Assembly (NCBI GenBank): GCA_036504835.1 | Contig: DASXUM010000029.1 | Location: 1,848 to 65,847, forward strand | Reading direction: 5' to 3' | Origin: Candidatus Nanopelagicaceae bacterium | GTDB lineage: Bacteria > Actinomycetota > Actinomycetes > Nanopelagicales > Nanopelagicaceae | Length of the DNA: 64,000 nt | Part shown: positions 58,993 through 64,000 of the stretch, in pieces | How the letters are laid out: each line of letters begins with the position of its first letter | How positions within the stretch are numbered: the first letter of the stretch is position 1 | The notes under the pieces: generated by a model | What the model saw: the letters and a program-made list of their open reading frames with translations, nothing else | Told to the model about the DNA's origin: nothing | Database searches by the model: none | Translations under genes and position numbers: made by a program

Positions 58993-59027
58993 AGTATCGG
59001 GGTAGGCATGAAGCCCACCCCGATACT
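58993..59027 (-). promoter_or_regulatory. strong intercistronic hairpin between the binding-protein gene and the permease genes
   Basis: AGTATCGGGGT / ACCCCGATACT form a perfect 11-bp stem that extends through GGC/GCC. It begins 19 nt after the livK stop and has no U-tract. Confidence 0.6.
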
Positions 59028-59045
59028 TTCAAGCGAGTAAACGAC

Positions 59046-60317
59046 TTACTTGACGGTCTGAGCCTTCACAGTCGTCTCTTGTCCACCCTTAACGATCTCA
59101 ATGGTTACATCCTTTGCCAACGTGTCGCCAGTAAGGGTGCTGATTGTCAGCTTCTTACCGAGGACCGAAATGTTGGCAGGGATAGTAATACCTGAACCAG
59201 AGAAGATTGCGTTGGTAACGCCCTTGCGGGTTCCATCAGACTTAGCGATCGCAGCCAAGATAACTTGAACCGCGGCCACGCCGTAGATTGGATATGAACC
59301 GACTGGGGCCTTCTTGTACTCCTTCTTATAAGCAGCGGCGAACTTAACGCCGGCGCCCTTCGGAGCAATCTTTGCCAGCAAATCGCTTGATAGACCTGCG
59401 AAGGAAAGATAGGCACCATCAGCTTCTGGCATTGAGTTGAATTCTGGGTAGCCAGTGAATCCGTCTGGCGCCATGAACTTCACCTTGGTGTTGTCGCCAA
59501 GAACGGCAACCTTGTCCTTCATCAACTGTCCACCGTTGTTGTCAAAGATTCCACCGACATAAATCATGTCTGGGTTTAGCGCCTTGATCTTGGTGAAGAG
59601 TGCGGTGTAGTCAGACTGCTTTGCATCCCAACCTTCGCCATAAGCACCGGAAGAAAGAACATTGAGCCCCTGCTTCTTAGCCTCCGTGGTGAACGCCTGA
59701 GCAACACCTTGACCGTAGGTCTGGGTATCGTTGAGAACGTAAACGCTCTTGACACCAATTGACTTGGCGAACTGCGCAGCAGCAGCACCCTGAACATCAT
59801 CAGTTGTGCAGACACGTGCGTAGTTACGAACGCCTGTTGGATAGTAGACATCTGGCTCGCCTGGGTTCCATGACTTGGTCAAGCCAGGGTTTGTGTTGGC
59901 GTCAGAAACCATCGTCATTGCGCCACCAGGTGCTTGGTTGAGGATCGGAACTTCGATCTTCGCACAGCCAGAGTTGTAAGTTCCCATTACGGCAACTTCG
60001 CTCTTGTTGGCAACGTGCGCTTGAGCATTAGCCGTGCACTTTGCAGGATCCCAAGATCCGGCAGCAGCGGTCGCGTCATCGTAAATCTTCAACTTGACCG
60101 TGTACTTGCCGGCCTTGTATTTGATTTGCTTGAGGTAGAGAGCAATCGCCTTGTTGGTTGAATCATTTGAGTCAAACGATGAACCCTGTAGGGGTAGATC
60201 GGTCGCAATTGTAAGGACCTTCGTGGCGGCGTCTGCCGCAGAAGTTCCCGCTACGAGTGCTGTAGCGACCATCGCAACAGATGCGACGATGCTGATAGCA
60301 CGATACGTCTTCTTCAT
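59046..60317 (-). CDS. livK: ABC transporter substrate-binding protein, Leu/Ile/Val-binding family
   Basis: Signal peptide MKKTYRAISIVASVAMVATALVAGTSAADA and a type-I periplasmic binding fold, 423 aa. It is the first gene of the liv cluster. Confidence 0.88.
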   Translation of the reverse strand: MKKTYRAISIVASVAMVATALVAGTSAADAATKVLTIATDLPLQGSSFDSNDSTNKAIALYLKQIKYKAGKYTVKLKIYDDATAAAGSWDPAKCTANAQAHVANKSEVAVMGTYNSGCAKIEVPILNQAPGGAMTMVSDANTNPGLTKSWNPGEPDVYYPTGVRNYARVCTTDDVQGAAAAQFAKSIGVKSVYVLNDTQTYGQGVAQAFTTEAKKQGLNVLSSGAYGEGWDAKQSDYTALFTKIKALNPDMIYVGGIFDNNGGQLMKDKVAVLGDNTKVKFMAPDGFTGYPEFNSMPEADGAYLSFAGLSSDLLAKIAPKGAGVKFAAAYKKEYKKAPVGSYPIYGVAAVQVILAAIAKSDGTRKGVTNAIFSGSGITIPANISVLGKKLTISTLTGDTLAKDVTIEIVKGGQETTVKAQTVK

Positions 60318-60361
60318 GTATTGCCTTCCTGTTACTTATGTCCCGGGACAGGGAGGGCGTC

Positions 60362-60390
60362 AGGTTATCGGTGGCAGAGTGTGGTTACAA
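60362..60390 (-). promoter_or_regulatory. candidate livK promoter TTGTAA-17 nt-TAACCT
   Basis: On the minus strand, -35 is at 60390-60385 and -10 at 60367-60362, about 45 nt upstream of the livK ATG. The SD AGGAAGG lies 7 nt before the ATG. Confidence 0.3.
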
Positions 60391-60437
60391 CCCTTTATGC
60401 GTGAAAACCGCGGTTATAACGAACTTGTAACGTAGTG

Positions 60438-61034
60438 TTAACGCTCAGGTACCGCAGTCGGCGAGATGACAGCAAGGGCAACCTCTTTCATACTCATACG
60501 CCGGTCCATCGCCGCCCGTTGAATCCAGGAGAACGCCTGCGGCTCGGAGAGATTGAGGGCGGTCATGAGAATGCCTTTTGCGCGGTCAATCAACTTCCGC
60601 GTCTCGAGCCGATCTTGCAAATTGGCGATTTCTTTCTCTAGAGATGTCATCTGCCTGTGACGACTCATTGCGATTTCCATTGCCGGAATCAAATCAGTGA
60701 TCGAAAAGGGCTTCACCACATAGGCCATGACTCCCGCATCGCGTGCCCGTTCGATTAATTCCTTCTGACTAAATGCTGTAAGCATGAGTACGGGTGAGAT
60801 ATGGATAATTTGCTCGGCTGCCGATATACCATCCAAAACCGGCATCTTGACGTCCAGAATCGTCAGATCCGGCTTGTGTTCGTGAACGAGTGCGATGGCC
60901 TCTTGACCATTACTTGCCTGACCGACCACGTTGTACCCGGATTCGGTGAGCATCTCGACCAAGTCCATGCGGATAAGCGCCTCGTCTTCGGCAACGACGA
61001 CTCGCGGAGCAGGCTGGAGGGATTCTGAACTCAT
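60438..61034 (-). CDS. pdtaR: ANTAR-domain response regulator (PdtaR-like)
   Basis: Receiver domain (VVVAEDEALIRMDL, DLTILDVKMP, KP) followed by an ANTAR helix bundle (ETRKLIDRAKGILM...WIQRAAMDRR), 198 aa. Confidence 0.92.
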   Translation of the reverse strand: MSSESLQPAPRVVVAEDEALIRMDLVEMLTESGYNVVGQASNGQEAIALVHEHKPDLTILDVKMPVLDGISAAEQIIHISPVLMLTAFSQKELIERARDAGVMAYVVKPFSITDLIPAMEIAMSRHRQMTSLEKEIANLQDRLETRKLIDRAKGILMTALNLSEPQAFSWIQRAAMDRRMSMKEVALAVISPTAVPER

Positions 61035-61035
61035 G

Positions 61036-61108
61036 TGCCCCGAGTCGGATTCGAACCGACACTATGCAGTGTTTGAGACTGCCCTCTCTACCGTTGGAGT
61101 ACCGAGGC
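61036..61108 (-). tRNA. tRNA, anticodon CAA (nominally Leu), 73 nt, atypically short 5-nt variable loop, no encoded CCA
   Basis: Hand fold: acceptor GCCTCGG/TCGGGGC, U8, D stem CTC/GAG, D loop with GG, anticodon stem GCAGT/ACTGC, loop CTCAAAC, variable ATAGT, T arm GTCGG-TTCGAAT-CCGAC, A73. Confidence 0.85.
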
Positions 61109-61117
61109 GCGCCGCCT

Positions 61118-61146
61118 AGTCTAGCGAAAACACCAGGCGGGACGAA
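61118..61146 (-). promoter_or_regulatory. weak candidate promoter for the tRNA-pdtaR unit (TTCGTC-17 nt-TAGACT)
   Basis: On the minus strand, -10 TAGACT is at 61123-61118 and ends 9 nt before tRNA position 1. The -35-like TTCGTC is at 61146-61141. Confidence 0.25.
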
Positions 61147-61157
61147 TTCTGCGCTAT

Positions 61158-62597
61158 CTACCGGTAGGCGGGGGCAATTCCACCAACAGCATCGCCAATC
61201 CTGTGGACTCGCATAGCGTTGGTCGAACCGGGAATGCCCGGAGGTGATCCTGCAACGATCATCACGACTTCACCTTCTATTGCCCGCTTGGACTGTAAAA
61301 GAATGGTATCGACCTGCTTCACCATCTCATCTGTGTGGTTGACCATGGGTGCGAGCATTGGCTCCACTCCCCATGTCAGCGCCATGCGGTTGTAGGTTCC
61401 GGTATCTGGCGTTAGCGCCAGAATCGGAATGTGCGAGCGCAATCGAGCCATTCTTCGTGCCGAGTCACCACTCTTGGTGAAAGCCACCAAGAATTTTGCG
61501 CCAACGATCTCGCCGACTTGTCGGGCCGCATTCGTTATGGCTCCACCTTTAGTCCTAGGTGTGTGCGAGAGAGGGCGGATTCGATCTAGTCCGCCTTCTT
61601 CGGTCTTCTCAATTATCCGGGCCATAGTTTGGACGGCTTCGATTGGAAAATCACCGACGCTGGTCTCACCTGAGAGCATCAACGCATCTGCGCCGTCAAG
61701 GACTGCATTGGCGCAGTCAGTGGCCTCGGCTCGAGTCGGTCGAGAATTCGAAATCATCGAGTCCAGCATTTGGGTGGCGACGATGACGGGTTTGGCCGAT
61801 TCTCGTGCCATTTCAACGCAGCGCTTCTGGACCAGCGGAACATCTTCAATGGGAAGCTCTACGCCTAGATCTCCACGCGCCACCATGATGCCATCAAAGG
61901 CATCGATGATCGCTTCGAGATTCTCGACAGCCTGCGGTTTTTCGATCTTTGCGATTACAGGAACCCGAATGCCGACTTCATCCATGATCTGATGAACCCC
62001 GGAGATATCTTCGGCATTTCGCACAAATGAAAGGGCGATGAAATCAGCGCCGGCCTTCAATCCCCATCTCAGGTCCTCAATATCCTTTTCAGAGAGAGCC
62101 GGAACAGAAACGGCAACTCCTGGAAGATTTATACCTTTATTGTTACTTACAGCGCCAGGTTCGATCACTTTTGTCACGACGTCGTTGCCTTTAACTTCCA
62201 GGACTTCAACTGTCACCTTGCCGTCGTCAATCAGGATGCGATCGCCGGGCTTGCAATCCCCCGGTAAGCCTTTGTATGTAGTACCAACCCGCTCTTTTGT
62301 ACCCTCGACCTCATCAGTGGTGATTGTAAAAATATCACCGCGCGCTAGTTCGTGCGGGCCATGCGAAAAACGGGCCAGACGAATCTTGGGACCCTGCAAA
62401 TCCACGAGGATCGCAACAGCTTGGCCTTGCTCCTTCGCTGCTGTGCGAACGAGATCCAAGCGGGCCTGATGTTCATCGTATCCCCCATGCGAGAGATTCA
62501 ACCGAGCCATGTTCATACCCGCGGCAATCAATTGATTGACTTTCTCGGCGGATTCGACGGCTGGTCCTAATGTGCACACTATTTTTGCTCTACGCAT
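61158..62597 (-). CDS. pyk: pyruvate kinase
   Basis: MRRAKIVCTLGPA N-terminus, MVARGDLGVE active-site segment, 479 aa. Confidence 0.96.
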   Translation of the reverse strand: MRRAKIVCTLGPAVESAEKVNQLIAAGMNMARLNLSHGGYDEHQARLDLVRTAAKEQGQAVAILVDLQGPKIRLARFSHGPHELARGDIFTITTDEVEGTKERVGTTYKGLPGDCKPGDRILIDDGKVTVEVLEVKGNDVVTKVIEPGAVSNNKGINLPGVAVSVPALSEKDIEDLRWGLKAGADFIALSFVRNAEDISGVHQIMDEVGIRVPVIAKIEKPQAVENLEAIIDAFDGIMVARGDLGVELPIEDVPLVQKRCVEMARESAKPVIVATQMLDSMISNSRPTRAEATDCANAVLDGADALMLSGETSVGDFPIEAVQTMARIIEKTEEGGLDRIRPLSHTPRTKGGAITNAARQVGEIVGAKFLVAFTKSGDSARRMARLRSHIPILALTPDTGTYNRMALTWGVEPMLAPMVNHTDEMVKQVDTILLQSKRAIEGEVVMIVAGSPPGIPGSTNAMRVHRIGDAVGGIAPAYR

Positions 62598-62606
62598 TTA
62601 TCTACC

Positions 62607-64000
62607 TTAAACCATCAATGGGCGGGCGGTGGGTGGAATCGGAGAAGGCAGCTGAGTATGTCCCGTTAAGTACTGATCAACCGCTGCCGCTGCACTACGT
62701 CCTTCAGCGATTGCCCACACGATGAGTGACTGTCCGCGTCCCGCGTCTCCGCACACGAAAACAGAATCAGCAGAAGTTTGGTAATTCACGTCGCGCTTGA
62801 TATTGCCCCGTTCATCGAACTCAACTTCCAATTGAGTTAACAGAGCATTCTTTTCTGGACCCGTAAAGCCCATTGCCAGGAAAACAAAATCTGCTGGGAT
62901 TTCGCGTTCAGTACCTGGGATCGGCGAAAACTTGCCGTCGACGAATTCTGTTTCAACAAGCAACAAGGCGCGGACATTTCCGTTGTCATCCCCGAGGAAA
63001 CGCTCGGTAGAGACGGAGAAGATTCGATTGTCCAACTCCTCGTGAGCGCTAGATACTCGGTAGATCATCGGATACGTAGGCCATGGCTGGGTGCTAGGAC
63101 GTTCGTCACTGGGCCTCGGCATGATCTCGAGTTGAGTGACACTGGCTGCTCCTTGGCGAATTGCCGTCCCCAGACAATCGGCACCGGTATCACCGCCGCC
63201 CAGGATGACCACGTGCTTGCCAGCAACGTTGATGAGCGGGTCTTCGGTCTCTCCCAGTGCCTGCAGATTGCCCCAAGGCAGGTACTCCATGGCTTGATAT
63301 ATGCCAACAAGTTCACGCCCAGGAACTGGCAGATCGCGCCATTGCGTGGCACCCACGGCCAGAACTATCGCGTCGTAACGAGAGCGCAATTGCTGACCCG
63401 TTATCTCAGTGCCAACCTCAACACCGGCACGAAAACGCGTTCCTTCTGCTTCCATTTGCGCGATTCTGCGATCCAAAATCGATTTCTCCATTTTGAATTC
63501 AGGAATGCCGTAGCGCATGAGTCCGCCGATTTTCGGTGCTCTCTCGTAAACTGCGACCGTATGACCCGCCCGCGTCAATTGTTGCGCTGCTGCCATACCC
63601 GCCGGGCCAGACCCGATTACAGCAATCGTCTTGCCGGTAAGGCGATCAGGGGTGAGTGGAGTGACCTGACCACTCGCGAAAGCTTCCTCGATCGTTCGGA
63701 GTTCAACCTGCTTGATGGTCACGGCATCTGCATTGATTGCAACCACACAGGCAGTCTCACACGGCGCAGGGCAAAGTCGGCCAGTGAATTCAGGGAAATT
63801 ATTTGTGGCATGAAGTCGGGCAATTGCCTCGTTCTTATCGCCACGCCACATCAAATCGTTCCATTCGGGTATCAAATTGCCCAAAGGACAACCTTGATGA
63901 CAGAAAGGAATTCCGCAATCCATGCAACGACCTGCCTGCTTTTGCAAGGTTTCCAGTGGTTGCGGTTCGTAAACCTCTTTCCAATCCTGAATACGAACAT
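62607..64000 (-). CDS. gltD: glutamate synthase small subunit, 5' end beyond the window
   Basis: CMDCGIPFCH Fe-S motif and two dinucleotide folds (VIGSGPAGMAAA, VILGGGDTGADC). The reading frame stays open upstream of the tracked TTG (..IQDWKEVYEPQPLETLQKQ..) up to position 64000, so the gene is truncated by the window. Confidence 0.93.
   Translation of the reverse strand, partial: VRIQDWKEVYEPQPLETLQKQAGRCMDCGIPFCHQGCPLGNLIPEWNDLMWRGDKNEAIARLHATNNFPEFTGRLCPAPCETACVVAINADAVTIKQVELRTIEEAFASGQVTPLTPDRLTGKTIAVIGSGPAGMAAAQQLTRAGHTVAVYERAPKIGGLMRYGIPEFKMEKSILDRRIAQMEAEGTRFRAGVEVGTEITGQQLRSRYDAIVLAVGATQWRDLPVPGRELVGIYQAMEYLPWGNLQALGETEDPLINVAGKHVVILGGGDTGADCLGTAIRQGAASVTQLEIMPRPSDERPSTQPWPTYPMIYRVSSAHEELDNRIFSVSTERFLGDDNGNVRALLLVETEFVDGKFSPIPGTEREIPADFVFLAMGFTGPEKNALLTQLEVEFDERGNIKRDVNYQTSADSVFVCGDAGRGQSLIVWAIAEGRSAAAAVDQYLTGHTQLPSPIPPTARPLMV

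Noticed and set aside
60339-60350. Palindrome TGTCCCGGGACA as a terminator for pdtaR
   Set aside because: As RNA it can form only a 4-bp stem with a 4-nt loop and has no U-tract. It also lies downstream of the candidate livK promoter, so it is more likely a 5' UTR or operator element. It is reported only as part of the spacer finding.
61036-61108. Plus-strand reading of the tRNA locus as tRNA-Gln, because the loop GTTTGAG would give anticodon TTG
   Set aside because: On the plus strand the would-be T arm lacks the TTCGAAT loop and the would-be D arm is a 5-bp/7-nt T-arm mirror image. Only the minus strand gives U8, GG in the D loop, T54-T55-C56, A58 and C61.

Overview
This window is a gene-dense, almost entirely minus-strand core-genome segment of an Actinomycetota chromosome. 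The phylum call rests on RbpA, WhiA, a PdtaR-type ANTAR regulator, a SufR-controlled suf operon with an embedded Rieske gene, and a mycobacterium-like gene order. The moderate GC and very short intergenic spacers suggest a streamlined genome. The 16S looks to me like a freshwater acI/Nanopelagicales-type lineage, but I cannot verify that without a database search.

Content from left to right:
- A partial rRNA operon on the minus strand: the 5' ~2 kb of 23S, a tRNA-free ITS and a complete 16S, with candidate tandem rrn promoters.
- A long co-directional string: infC-rpmI-rplT-trmH-pheST-argCJBDRGH-tyrS.
- fabG-fabI, then DUF3099 and SURF1.
- sufR-sufBD-Rieske-sufCSU-sufT followed by an ABC exporter.
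- ctaA-tkt-tal-pgi on the plus strand.
- rbpA, secG-tpiA-pgk-gap, and whiA-yvcK-rapZ-uvrC-uvrA-uvrB-coaE.
- rpsA, an MFS transporter, polA and a hotdog thioesterase.
- livFGMHK, the pdtaR-like ANTAR response regulator, one tRNA, pyk, and a 5'-truncated gltD.

I found no CRISPR array, transposase, integrase, prophage, toxin-antitoxin pair or recognisable defence island. I also found no unexplained multi-gene block, so I do not claim a novel multi-gene system here.

The observations most worth a second look:
1. A well-folded 73-nt tRNA has anticodon CAA and Leu-type identity features, but only a 5-nt variable loop.
2. That tRNA ends 2 nt before the pdtaR start codon.
3. infC appears to start at a non-canonical ATC.
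4. A perfect 12-bp inverted repeat (ARG-box-like) overlaps a probably leaderless argC promoter.
5. argF is missing from an otherwise complete arg cluster, and the acetylglutamate kinase is N-terminally short.
6. uvrB, uvrA and uvrC are contiguous.
7. pgi sits where zwf-opcA-pgl normally follows tkt-tal.
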